A DNA stretch of 63,336 bases, the filler included, from Choristocarpus tenellus KU-1152 (Eukaryota; Protista; Phaeophyceae), in the NCBI GenBank assembly GCA_964200185.2. It is 9 parts of 9 records of this genome, joined end to end, with 100 filler letters (N's around TTAATTAATTAA, not from the genome) between each part and the next. Parts side by side here need not be neighbours in the genome. Positions count along the whole stretch, not along the records: positions 6,587 to 16,010 come from CAXNAD020003684.1; positions 16,111 to 20,958 come from CAXNAD020012814.1; positions 21,059 to 33,320 come from CAXNAD020001904.1; 6 more parts are not named here. One strand, 5' to 3'. A program made the translations under genes and the position numbers. The notes beneath the pieces were generated by a model. It searched no databases and had not been told where the DNA came from. It saw nothing but the letters and a program-made list of their open reading frames with translations. Shown here piece after piece: positions 14,601 through 26,851 of this stretch. Numbering within the stretch: position 1 is the stretch's first letter; each line of letters starts with the position of its first letter.

Positions 14601-16010
14601 TGTGATTTTGGAAATCCATCAAGCCATTGAAATTCTTACAGCCCAGGAACCAACCCTCTTGTCACTACATATTTAACAAGGACCGAATATAGAACCAGTC
14701 CAGTCATGTGTATCATGTCAGCTAAAATGGTCCACACAATATTGATAGATCAGAAATATATGTTCAGCTTCATTATAGATTCATCTATCAATATTGAATT
14801 CTGCAAGTACACCTTTTCAGAACAATAAACTTACCGTAATTCACAGTATTCTCCAAAAAATACTAATTTACAATCCATAGATATATTAATCAACATACAT
14901 AAATCATTCAAGTATCACATCAAAACACAACATTGCAACGAGGAAAAAGATGAAAATACAGAGAATTCGTTATGTTTCCAATTTTTTGCACGTATACTCC
15001 AATCATGTAAATATTATTCAATCATGTCCTTGTGGTATCAAAATAAACAATTGCATATCCTCAATGATTTTCACATCATGATCTTCTTCAAGGTGTTCAA
15101 CTACTCAAAGATGATTTCATCGACAAAATCTACAAAAGTGATTTTCCTCATACTACCTTTCACAACCCCCCCAGACAAATGTCAAGAGACCATATGAAAC
15201 ACACAATACAATACAACCATTCCTATCATGTAATTCATGTGACTCTTGGTTCATATCTTCCACTTAACAAGGTTTAAACATTGTGCCTCTTGGAATAGAC
15301 AAGCTCTACGACACATCCCCACAAGGTCACTCACCCAGATAGTGCATTTGCCTTTGCCTTTCCCTTTCCCCTTTCCTTTCCCAAGCCTAGAGCAGGCAGC
15401 TCCACCCAAGAGGGAAGATGACATCAATGGACACAGTGGAGGGAAGTACCCATTGGGTGTAGCCACCCCAGATGATGAATGTGTAGGTACAGCAGCAGAT
15501 GGAGGCACTGCTGGTACAGATCGGTCTATCAATGGTACCTCATCTGAACTAGAAGATCTACGTGAAGCCACCAATGGTGGTGATGTTTCCGATGCCCCAG
15601 AGTGTAGAGACCATTGATGACTTGTCTCACATTCTGAGACCACCTCAGATTCAGATGCCGCTATGGAAGAATCCAGGGCACAGAGACCCCCCTCCACACC
15701 ACCAGGGTCACCAAACTCTATCATGCCCTTGTCCACATCCATCTGTCCAGGGGAGAGGTTCAATAATTGGTCTTTAGTACTCCAACTATTCACTCTTCTA
15801 GTAATCTTGTACAAATATGACTGTAACACAACTGTAGTGCAACATCATTTCGATCAAAGTATCTGGTACGGGTGTGGCGGCTATCCATTCAGGGGTAATT
15901 TTTCCATGTGCTGATTGTATAGACATTTGGTTGCATGTGTCGGATGGATAGTGTATGTGCAATTCTCCTGGTCAGAGTCCAAATGGACACCCTCATGTAG
16001 AAACCCCCCC
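11700..16010 (-). pseudogene. Degenerate coding-like region, product unknown (possibly transposon-derived)
   Basis: A series of minus-strand ORF fragments (15251-15829, 13746-14231, 13318-13668) with GT/AG sites and many stops. No domain was recognised with confidence. Confidence 0.3.
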
Positions 16011-16110
16011 NNNNNNNNNNNNNNNNNNNNNNNNNNNNNNNNNNNNNNNNNNNNTTAATTAATTAANNNNNNNNNNNNNNNNNNNNNNNNNNNNNNNNNN
16101 NNNNNNNNNN
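16011..16110. other. Artificial contig spacer
   Basis: N44-TTAATTAATTAA-N44. Confidence 0.97.
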
Positions 16111-16181
16111 ACCAAAAAAGTGAAAATCGAAAAAAGGGTGAAAAACGGACGCCGACACCCCCCCCCAAGATACTTTGACCC
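16111..16181. mobile_element. End of a poly-G/C-TIR element (family D)
   Basis: CCCCCCCCAAGATACTTTGACCC near the contig start; related to the family A TIR. Confidence 0.6.
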
Positions 16182-17467
16182 CTATCCTTTCTGTTGCCTT
16201 TCATGATGGCCTCTCATGCATTCAACTTCATCCTGGTGTCATGAAGGAAGACAATGAGGTACATGTAACCTGGGTTCAGTCTGATCGTTTTTAGGCCGCA
16301 ATATTCCCTGCTGTTGAGAGCATGCACTCTGAGTCTGCTTCTTGTGTAGCAGGAATGGCAAAATGCGACTGGTGTGTCTTGTCAGGCATGGAAATATTGA
16401 GCTCCTTCCACACTATAACTTGATTGAGTATGTTGCTGTAAACTCCACATTCATATCAACTGTTGGGAACCTCCTTCGTGTAGCCTTGGAAGCATCAACC
16501 TCTATATGAGTTGCTTCCTCATATGTTCCGTGACCTTGTGTGTGTTCCAATATCCCACCACCAGCACCTAAACTCCCCGAACACATTGCAAGGGAAGCTC
16601 TTACGAAGCCTTGTGCCATTTATGGGAAGGCTGCTGCCCCACTCACTGATGATGGACAGTATGCGGACATGGGCTTGGTTCCACCATGGGACTATTCTCT
16701 GCCACCTGTGGTCTGTGCTCCTTCATATTGCCTAGAACTTCATATTCCATCTGCCTACAAATATCTCCATTCGTGCCCATTATCTGGAATACCCCAAGGA
16801 TTTTGATTGTAGAGTCCAGATTAGTAACCAGGACCTGCCTCCACTTAAACCCTCTTGGCTGCCTTTTTTCACCCTCAGAGTACTGTGTAGTGTTCCACCT
16901 GTTGCCAAAGCAGTTCACAAAATCAGGTAACATCCCACTTCTTTTATGCGCTGGCATAAACATTTTTCGCTCCCACACTAGTTCAGGGGTGGTGGCACTG
17001 AAGGCACTGAAGACTTGCACTGCTTTCTTCACTTCCACTCATACACCATAGGTGATAATAGAGATAATTAGACACACTGTCACGCATGTGATGTGAAGGA
17101 AGAAGGAACGGGGTATATATGTTAAAGGCGGATAGAACCAGTATTTCTTCCCGCACTTTAACCGGCGTGAGCAGTGTACACGCGTGTGGAATCCCAAAAG
17201 GGGAACTCCGATTTGCTAAAAGTTTCAGAATAAAATCTGTAACTTGTGGAGGTCGCAACGGTTCTCAGATGTATTCCAACGTCTGTAAACCAAAGAAACA
17301 AAACGGTAAGTGATGATAAGAGATCCTAAAAACGACTCCAAATGGTTCAGTTCCCAAAGGGCTCAAACACCCCAGAACTCTCACTCTTAACTGATACCCA
17401 TTCTCATATTCGTGCTTATTGATTCATTAAGAGTACCCCTGTTTTGCTGAGCTGACGTTCGTTAACC

Positions 17468-17982
17468 TGTGGATTGGACCCCTTTGAATGTTGTCGGAGT
17501 ATCCTGGAAGCCTTGTATGAGCATCAGCGTCATCTATAGGCCTGTGAATTGGATCTACACATCCTGTGGAGTATCCTAGGAGCCCTGTACGAACATCAGC
17601 GTCAGAGTGAAGCATCTTAGAGGCTATGAGTTTTACCCTGTTTGTTCATTTGGGACTTGGCTTCCCATGGGTTTTCTTGTGACATTTTCCTACTCCAAAT
17701 TGTTTAGGAGTAGGTAAAATGTATATACGTTGTGAAAAGGTGTGTCCAGAACATGGATATTGACACTTCCTAACGAACATGATGGCCAAGATTACATCAA
17801 AATTGCAACATTGGATTTTGGCCCCCAAACGGACGCGACTCTACCCTCTAAGATACTTTGGCTTTCGATTAATCTATAGGCCTGTGGATTGGAGCTACAC
17901 ATCCTGTGGAGTATCCTGGGAGCCCTGTACGAACATCAGCGTCATCAATAGGCCTGTGGATTGGGGCTACATATCCTGTGGA
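17468..17982 (-). repeat. 72-bp tandem repeat (24-aa unit PIHRPIDDADVRTGLPGYSTGCVA), about 3.5 units, split by a MITE
   Basis: Unit CTGTGGATTGGAGCTACACATCCTGTGGAGTATCCTGGGAGCCCTGTACGAACATCAGCGTCATCAATAGGC is repeated; it reads open on the minus strand. Confidence 0.85.
17605..17864 (-). mobile_element. MITE family A copy
   Basis: GAGTGAAGCATCTTAGAGGCTA...TACCCTCTAAGATACTTTGGCTT. Confidence 0.9.
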
Positions 17983-19729
17983 GGTGAGCTTCTGGAGCGT
18001 GCTGTAGCATATATGTGATAGACTATTGCAATAAACATTGTATACAGCATTTGCCAACAGGTTTAGCAGGTGATAGATGAGTTGTTCACTTCATTCTTCC
18101 TAAAAGTGCTTCCAATTTCTGTTTTACTTTGGAGTACATTCCTATTCCAACTGCTTGCCTCTCTCTCTCAAATGCCAACATACATTGTGGGTGACCGTCA
18201 ATCTTCTCTTGAAGAATTGTGGCAGATTTGACGTACAGGAACCAGCCCACCATGGAATATTACATATATTTAAGTGGATCATTGACAAGTCATACACATC
18301 CTGTACATCTCCTTTGAGCGCTCCTTGCTCTGGCTGGACTTTGAACAAGCGCCAACAGGGGTCTGAAATCTGATTTCATGCTATCTTTTACCCTTCTCCA
18401 CTGTACCCTATGACAACATCCATACACTCCAAACGTAGATATATGTAGTGGTGGGTCATGATATGGTAGTAATCCTAATTCAGCAACGACCCAACTTCAC
18501 CATTGGTGACTCACTGCCTGCCTTCAAGGCAGATTCTGCGTCTTCACCAGACCACTAACAATCCTTGCCATCATCCTCCACACGCAAAAGGGGATATCCC
18601 GCAAATGAGTCAACATCACACTCGTGCAGGTACCCACCCTCACTAAGTACCAGGGCATAAAACATATTATGCGGTCCTACATATGTCCATGGTACTTTTG
18701 TGGTTGCTTGCGTGCCTGTGTTGTGTTTGTCCTTCTCCAAACATTGCAGCGAAGAAAAACATAAAATAATCGAATAATCGGTTCCAATATTTTCGATTTC
18801 GATTAAATCGGAATTTAATCGAAATCGAACCGATTCGTTCGATACGATTCACCACACTGCGATTACGCGGATGTGACTGATTTTAATCTGTCATACCCTG
18901 TAAACAACGAAAAATTAGAATTGAAAACTCTCATGTATTTGGTTCATTGTATTGATGAAAACTGGTATTTTTACAATAGTCTTTGTGATACATAGTTTTG
19001 GTTCCTAGGTAACACATGTACTAAAAGTCAAAACATAATAGTGTATAATACAAAATTTTCAATGTTGACAGTCACAACCCTTGAGGGCATATTATTGGTT
19101 GAATAATATTTTTATTATTATGTCGTCTGACATTTTGTAGAGGGGGAAAACCAATGAAACTATACACATGAATAATATTTGATTGAGAGGCAGTAGAATG
19201 AATGGTGTGTGTCTCCCTTGTTCCGATGTTCCTAGACTGCCTCTATCGAGCCAGTCTAGGTGTACTTTCAGCTCCGTGCGTCATCGTGTGTTCCTTGGTT
19301 GTTCTTCAGATGGAACTCAAGATACCAAGACGTCATCATAGGCTCCCCCTAGCTAGGACAGAGTTTGTTGCTTTCAAATTTATGGTTGATGTATGGGGAG
19401 GAAGACTTGTGTTGTAAGAAATACAGATCCTATTCATGTTGCTGTTGCTATACTATTAATATAATTGTATTTATTGTATTCTCGCCCTTGTATGTTCCTT
19501 CCCACTGCGACAACACCAAGCATCTCTAAAAAAAACACATTGAGTATATTAAAATGTATGGTGTGTAGAGACAGGGGAGGAGGTAGCGTTGGTGGTCTTT
19601 CGTCCTTGATACGTTGTATTTTATCTAGAAAAAATAAATATACCGTATGTTCTAGAACAGCAAACAGCGCTAGACTAGCTCTCTGAAGAGAGTCCAGAAA
19701 CAACAAGAGAATAACCCAAGGTTATTAGT

Positions 19730-20761
19730 GTGGAGCAATGGAGCAATACATTCCACATATTTGTACATTCTCCAAACAGCATTAATGAAAATACCCGTTC
19801 CATCCTCATGAATCTGGCTACGGGTTAGCCTTTCTATGAAATGGTTGCTGACCAGCAGTTGGGTGTATAGGTCTGCCGAACTTCAGAAATGCCTAGAATC
19901 CCCTGCGCCTCAAATGTTAAGCCGGTGACAAAATTGCACTTGCTTGTCTTGTCACTGGTGGAGAGCAGAGGTGGCAAGATGTTTGTGCCTAACAAAAACA
20001 TAGTCTCTCCTGTGAATTCCACCCGTGCTCTGGGCTTGGTGTCGGAGCTCAGCCCCCCCACTACATCCAACAAGTACACTCTGTGGTTCCATTCAATGTG
20101 ATAGCTGCAGTGCCAGTGCCTGCCCTCCCTTGACTGCTTCCTCTCCCCCCTCCCCCCTACCTTATACAACAGCTGAGGAACACTTGCAGAGAAATATTCA
20201 GACGAAGCCCCTACACCCCAAACATCCATACTCTCCACCACCGAACTCAATGCCCTCAAACCCTATCATGAAACTTGTCTGCCCTCCCATCCCCTGCCCC
20301 AAAATGCTTCAAGAATTTTCGCTTATTTCCCGGTGAAGGTGCCTCTTAATCTCCGCGAGGTTGTCATCCTTTCTACGAACTGAAAAGAAGGAAGAGGCTA
20401 CGTCTCCAGGTTGAGGATGGCGCGTCCTCCAGAACCAACCCATTCCCTCTCTTCCTTGTGCCGTGGTTCTTCGCCTGTCTCCCTGTACTCCAAGTTGATC
20501 ACAACTTTTGCTTTTTCTGTTAAAATCACTTTTAATCTTTTGCATGCCCCTGAAATTCGAGGCACTCGGGAAGTGGTGAATGCCAGCGTGGAGTAAAGTC
20601 TTGGTGGGCACAGTTTGCTGCTCATGTGGGTTGCGATTCTCGCCAGTGATGGTGGTGATGGAGTTCCGTTTGTGATCTCCGCCCTCTTCGTCCCTTGAAA
20701 AGAGCTCAAGGAAGTCCAAAAGAGTGTAGAGGTCAAGGGGCTGTGGTATGTATTGCTCCAC
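19730..20761. mobile_element. TIR-bounded element of about 1 kb with degenerate minus-strand coding remnants (Tc1/mariner/pogo-like?)
   Basis: TGGAGCAATACATTCCACA (19739-19757) matches the reverse complement of 20742-20760 at 18 of 19 positions. TA dinucleotides lie at or near both flanks. Confidence 0.45.
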
Positions 20762-20915
20762 TAGGCCTTCCTCAAGAAACGACTGGGAAGTTCAATAGTC
20801 AATGGTTAGGGTTCGTGAGGGTTCAAAGGTGTGACATGTTAAACAAGGTTGTTCGTTCTGGGAATGCGTAAGACAGATCGGGAATCATTAAAAAAGTAAA
20901 GTTGTTCAACTTTGT

Positions 20916-20948
20916 GACCCAAAGTATCTGGGGGGGGGGGGGGGGGGG
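20916..20948. mobile_element. End of a family D element
   Basis: GACCCAAAGTATCTG followed by poly-G at the contig end. Confidence 0.6.
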
Positions 20949-20958
20949 TTCCCCGGGG

Positions 20959-21058
20959 NNNNNNNNNNNNNNNNNNNNNNNNNNNNNNNNNNNNNNNNNN
21001 NNTTAATTAATTAANNNNNNNNNNNNNNNNNNNNNNNNNNNNNNNNNNNNNNNNNNNN
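20959..21058. other. Artificial contig spacer
   Basis: N44-TTAATTAATTAA-N44. Confidence 0.97.
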
Positions 21059-21078
21059 CCCCCCAGATACTTTGACCC
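21059..21078. mobile_element. End of a family D element
   Basis: CCCCCCAGATACTTTGACCC at the contig start. Confidence 0.6.
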
Positions 21079-21733
21079 ATTTGTCAAACGTTGATACAAC
21101 CAATAATGCTATGCAGCAGGCACATGACTCCCAAATGCAGCAACTGTATGTGGCTGGTGACAGGGTTGAGGGAATAGGGGATGTTGCTGGACAAACGTAT
21201 CGTACTTACAGAGTATGACAAACCTGCTGTTTTCTTGCTGTTAATCATGCACATTGTATCGTGTCCATCACCCTTCAATCTTGATATGGCTTATCTTACT
21301 GACTCTCTAATCCGACTAGTACTTGCACCCTCTCCCAACTCTACTTCTTACCAAGATACTATAACAATATCCCTACGCCCTGCCTCTCTCCAATATCCAT
21401 GTCTGTGAGTTAATGCACATTGCTACAACTAGCTGTCATACTCAATCAAAATCAAAAGGCGAATGGTGCAATTATTATCCCTGTCAGTAATCATCCTCTA
21501 CTCTGATCACATTTTGCTAGTACATGCAACCTCACCATGAATGCATGTGTGCTCTTTGCTCTACAGTAGTCACAGGAAATATAAATATCAGTAGTATCAG
21601 TACTAGGCATGAGGACTAGGGGAAGTACTAAGAAAAGCAATATATATATATAGTCCAATTAAGTACAGTCTATGTGTCATATAATGACAGTAGAATGAGT
21701 TCACCATAACCTTCAATGTTGGCATTTACTTGA

Positions 21734-21993
21734 GAGTGAAAATATCTTAGAGGGTACGATTTCTGCCTTGTTTTGTCCATTTGGGACTTGGCTTCCCACC
21801 AATTTTTTGATGCCATTTTGCTACCCTGAAATGTTTCAGAGTAGGTAAAATGTATACCTTATGCAAAGGTGTGTCCGGAACAAGGATATTGACTCTTTCT
21901 AACAAACACAATAGCCAAAAATATATCAAAATTACAACATTGGATTTTGGCCCCCAAACAGACGCGGCTCTACCCTCGATGGTATTTTGACTC
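21734..21993 (-). mobile_element. MITE family A copy
   Basis: GAGTGAAAATATCTTAGAGGGTA...TACCCTCGATGGTATTTTGACTC. Confidence 0.9.
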
Positions 21994-23809
21994 CAAGAAT
22001 TTTTGAACCCCAACCTCAAGAGACATACGCAGAACTTGCCTGTTCTCCTGCAATTGCATAGTTACACTAACAACCAACGTACACATATATATACGCATAA
22101 TAATAAGGTTTCCCCCGACTGGCAGGCAGGGCATCAAGAAGCACAGCGTGTGAAGAATGGTGCTGTGGAGAAACAAGGACGGCAAAATAGGCTCATAACA
22201 CATGAGAGGATGGTCAGTGCTAAGCGTGAAGGGGTAGCCCAGGTAATTGGCCCATGATGTAGGCTTTCCCATCAACTTAGGAGTCATACCAAAATATCTA
22301 TTTCAGGGGTACGGAAGAGTGTACTAGAAGCAGCGCATAAGACTTATATCCAGGGCCAGTGCACTCGCTCGCTGTCCCCATGGTATCCTCTGGTGTTGAA
22401 CAAAGTATGGGATGTGAGGGAGAATTTGGAGGTGCACACAAGAAGGTACCAGGCACAGCATTATAGAGCACCACGTGTGCACCATCTGGTCATTTTTTGT
22501 TTGCTTTGTGTCAACATTGCATCACCACCTTCAGGGATCCACAGTTTGCCCTCACCAATCTATAAGAATGGATTAAAGTTCTCATGACGAAACTATATAT
22601 ATAGATATATTTTATGAAGTGTCTCAGAATTTTCTCGCACAAAATGAGCTGTTGAATATGTGTAAGGTGATTGCTAGCAACCTAGAGAATAAACAGGAAC
22701 TCAAACAATTAGTGCCAGTTATGCTTCAAAGATATACCTATGCACCTCTCAATAGGCTTACTTCTCTCCAGTCAGATATATGTTCAACCTTGAGCATCTA
22801 ACCACAAGTCCTCAACACCCCATGCACACTTTTGCTACCCCAAACTTGTCTTTCCATATTGGTGTAATGACCCTAGGTGAAATAGTACACCAAAAAAAAA
22901 TCTAGACTTCGGCATTGGTTGATCCTTGCGAGAAGCTTTTACTCTCAACCCCCGCCTAGTACCCTCAATATAGATGTCCCTCCTTGTACATGTACTTCTA
23001 TGGAACGTGTGTTGGTTGAAGTAGGAAGGGCTCTCGAGAGGTATCTATCACCAGGGCAATCTGGATTGAATTTGGGGAGAGGGGTCAAGGGAAAGGCACC
23101 AAAACAAAAATTGAAGTATGAAGTGCAAATTTTCGAAGCTAACTACCATAGATCGCCACGTCCAGGAGAATGAGGAGGGCAAAGGCTAGAGGGACAAGTG
23201 CCGCTGGCACCACTATGTCTTCAACCAATCTCACAACAAGAGTTCATATCCCCCCATTAGTTGTCCAGTGCTTCCACCACGGGATGACTCAAGTCAAAGA
23301 CTCGTCAATCCTACTATTGCCATCCTTGCAGATTCATTGCCGATTTACTTGTAATACATGCATGCGCTGCCAGAAACGATCCATTGCAATTCCCCCCCCC
23401 CCCCTCTACACATGCTTACGTGTGCTGACACTGGATAAACTTGCCGCAATAGGTTCGCCAAGAAAAGCAGAGGATGAGACAAGACATCATGTCCATGAGA
23501 CAGGGATACATGCAAGAGAACCAAAAGAGAAGGTACTATTGAGAAACGCAAGGAGGGAGGAAGAGCAGGGGGAGAAAAAAGGGGCGCCAAAAAGTATGCA
23601 CCATTTTTCGGGTTTCTCAATTGTTGCCTGTAAATGTCATTGAGTTGAGCTAGATAGTACTCTTGGCGATGAAACTACTTTGTCCCCTTGAAATTTATAC
23701 CTCCATGTGGGGCAAGAGTTTCGCAAGTAATCTAGAGATGGACCAAAGACGTGCATTGGGACACACAGAAATGCGATAACACCTAACCTGAGACCGAAAC
23801 ATAGTAAGT

Positions 23810-24068
23810 GAGCCATAGTATCTTAGAGGGTAGAGCCGCGTCCATTTGGGGATCAAAATCTAATGTTGCGATTTTGATGTAATATTTGGTATTGTGTTTG
23901 TTAGGAAGTGTCAATATCTATGTTCTGGATACACCTTTTCAATACGTATACAATTTACCTACTCCGAAACATTTTGCAGTAGGAAAATGTCATTAAAAAC
24001 CCCACGGGAAGCCAAGTCCCAAATGGACAAACAGGGCAAAACTCGTACCCTCTAAGATACTTTCACTT
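23810..24068 (+). mobile_element. MITE family A copy
   Basis: GAGCCATAGTATCTTAGAGGGTA...TACCCTCTAAGATACTTTCACTT; flanks AAGT/GAGT. Confidence 0.9.
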
Positions 24069-24340
24069 GAGTAATGACTGCAAAACACAAGATTTGACCC
24101 GCAGGGCACCATACTGTTAGAGTGTACTGAAGTAACTCGCATTCTTACACAGAAAAACGACAACCCTAAAATTGTATATGTAAGGCCACCGAACAAGGGG
24201 TCAATAACACCAGCGATTTGGGCTCCTTGATTCTCTTACAGCTCATTTCTTTTTTTTTCTCAAGCATGCACAATAACTACGTACATGCACACACACTGCA
24301 TCTCTCCTGCTACCCTTCATCCGTGCAACATACTCGAAGA

Positions 24341-24478
24341 ATGGGTATAAAGGTGAGAGAGGAAGAGATCAGGCAGATACGGTTAGAGGAGAGGGCTAGG
24401 TTGGTGGAGGAGTCCCGCAAGTCTTACGAGGATCGTGTTAAGAGGGAGGAGGACGAGATTGCCTGGAAGGAACTGGAG
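24341..24478 (+). CDS. Isolated exon encoding a charged coiled-coil segment; gene unknown
   Basis: MGIKVREEEIRQIRLEERARLVEESRKSYEDRVKREEDEIAWKELE, then GAG|GTGAAG; purine-rich, coding-like composition. Confidence 0.45.
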
Positions 24479-26593
24479 GTGAAGATGGGATGTACAAAGG
24501 AATGAAACATGGATTGATTTCCCCATTACATTCAAAATATGTACCCTAGTTGCCAATGTCTTGCTACCAGGAATAGGTACAAGATAATAGCTGCGAGTTT
24601 GCTATGCATTGTGAAGACTATAGCTTTGTGGTGAATGCTGGACACACATCTATCTTATGATATTAACCCAATTGGATCCCTTGCAAGAGGTTGCACAATG
24701 GTGAATTAGTGTGAAGGAAATTTACCCAGTTAAGCTTTCTGTTGTAGTGTATCTCAAAGCACACACCCACTTGTTAGACTTGTTGATTGCCCACTGTATA
24801 AAACACACCCTGGGAATATTGTGAACAAGAGAGTCTGTTCCTTCAGACAAAATCTGATCAATTCTATCGTCTGGATAATTGCCCGCAATATTCTCAGTAT
24901 CAACATCTAAATGAGGTAAAACTGCCATTGACCAAACATCTCGATATTGCACTGACACTCTACATATGATGAGAAACCCAAGAAGAGAACATGGCATACA
25001 ACGAATACATGTCAAAACTTTATCAGTTATGAGAGCAAACCCATTGGTGTCCATTTGCCAAACAGGTGATACAGATGGAACAACAAGAGATGGCCCTAAT
25101 ACAGCAGCTCAAGAACACCCAGGTAAAGTTGGATGAATGTACAAGCCAATCATCCATCGTTTCGCTCTCCTAGGCACCTAAAAAATGCCCGACTCCTTGA
25201 CCCTGACCCTTCGCCTTTCAGTTCCCCTCGCAAGATTGTCTTTGGTTGTGAAAGGGCACATTATGAGGTGTGAAGAGGTCATGCGTGCTACATAAGTTTT
25301 GGTTGCATGCTAACACCAAAATCGCCTTCAAACCTGAGTACGACTCTTGAGCATTCCTTGCCTTGTGGCAAATACTCTGGAGTATTTGTGAAGTTTTTTT
25401 GCGTTGCTCATTCATGTGCCCTCTGAGGGAACCCTACTGTGAGAGTTGAGATAGATGCCTAACACCAGGCATGCTAGCAACTAGCACCCTCTTTCCTGTT
25501 CGTCCATGATTGTGATAGGGGGATCCAATCCTCATTGACATTTGAAATCTGTATTGCCTTGCAAGACAGGATCATAGAGGAAGAAGAGTTCCCAATTTTA
25601 TCCCTAAGTTCACCAACAACGTAACGTGAGTCTGTGGTCTACACATAATTTCGTACTCCCTACTTGAATGGACACATTAAGTAGGACCTTGGGCATATGG
25701 CCACCAAAACACCATACACCTGAAGTACAGCACTCTAAGTACAGCAAACCAAAGCATAGCTGTCCTTGTTGTCACGCCAACCGCCTTATCCTATCTTATA
25801 TTCCCCCTCCTCTCCGCGTCATCTCACATTGACCTCAGGCCCTACAACAGGACGCGTACAAACGGCTAGAAAACGCTCTAAATGACTCTCGAGCCATTTC
25901 TGCCAATCTTCTGCAACAGCCCCACCTGGTGGGTCCATGACGACTTACCCTTCCCTCCACCCTCCACTTTTTTCACACACTCCACCTCAGACACAAACAA
26001 AATAAACCACATTGCTTTCCCACTTCAGACTACCCTGGTCGCAAACGTGGGTGCTCCGCTGTATGGCATGACATGGAGCTAACAATTCGTACTCACTTCC
26101 TTAAATTTCATTGGTTAACACCGTACTGATAGAAAGACTTCTGGAGGCGGGTGACCATGTGTGAACTTCAAAAGGTATTGACCTCAACATCTCGCACAAA
26201 GAACGAGCATGCCCCAAACAGGTTTTTTCTAGTCAGGCAGCAAATATTCAGAAAGAAAAACAAATTGTAAGGTTCCCAATATGACTTAATAGTGTGCAAT
26301 CATTCCCTGAGCCCTAACTCGTGATGTTTGCATGTGTTTAACTGTACCGGGGTCTGTACTATATACTAGTCATGCAATATTTTCCAATATGCACCATAAA
26401 GTTTGTTTTGTTTTGCCACAAAAGCAGAGTGGGCAGACAACAAATTACAAATGTTATATAATAGAGCCCTAGAGCTCTTCTGTGATTACTCCTTCAAAAT
26501 GATGTGCAGTATTTCTTCCTAACCATGATCTGGCGAGTTATGTCATGGTTGAATATGCATTGCATCTGCTCAATGTGATATGCAGTCGGTTCA

Positions 26594-26851
26594 GAGCTGA
26601 ACCAACTGAGAGGTAGACGGGACTGCATATTAAGGATCCCGAAAAAGGACAAAGAGATACCATTTTGTACAGATGCAGAAAGAGCCTTTACTGAATTGTT
26701 GTGTCACTTTGTATGTGGAAAGGGGGAGTATCAATTTTGTGTATACAATTGTGCACTAAAGCAATCAGGTAGAGTGTATTGCACAGGGTAAGAAGGGTGG
26801 CTAAGGGTGCAAAAGGGTTCAAACCTGCCCATCTCTCCATTGATTTAGTTC
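26594..26851 (+). mobile_element. MITE family B copy
   Basis: TIR GAGCTGAACCAACTGAGAGGTAG...CCCATCTCTCCATTGATTTAGTTC; perfect 4-bp TSD TTCA/TTCA; body shared with the copies at 49495 and 60206. Confidence 0.85.

Larger units (their letters stand above)
16215..18859 (-). mobile_element. Degenerate hAT transposon: transposase pseudogene plus one terminus
   Basis: Minus-strand motifs in hAT order: HLLNLLANAV (CxxHxLNL-like, about 18050-18080); NRWNTT (TRWNST-like, about 16885-16905); IPATQEADSECMLSTAGNI...RLNPGYMYLIVFLHD (dimerisation domain, about 16240-16357). The terminus CAGTGTGGTGAATCG at 18859 is followed by ATCGA/TCGAT-rich subterminal repeats (18770-18850). Confidence 0.8.

Noticed and set aside
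17468-17982. CRISPR-like regular repeats
   Set aside because: The units are contiguous with no unique spacers, there are no cas genes, and the context is eukaryotic. It is a coding minisatellite.
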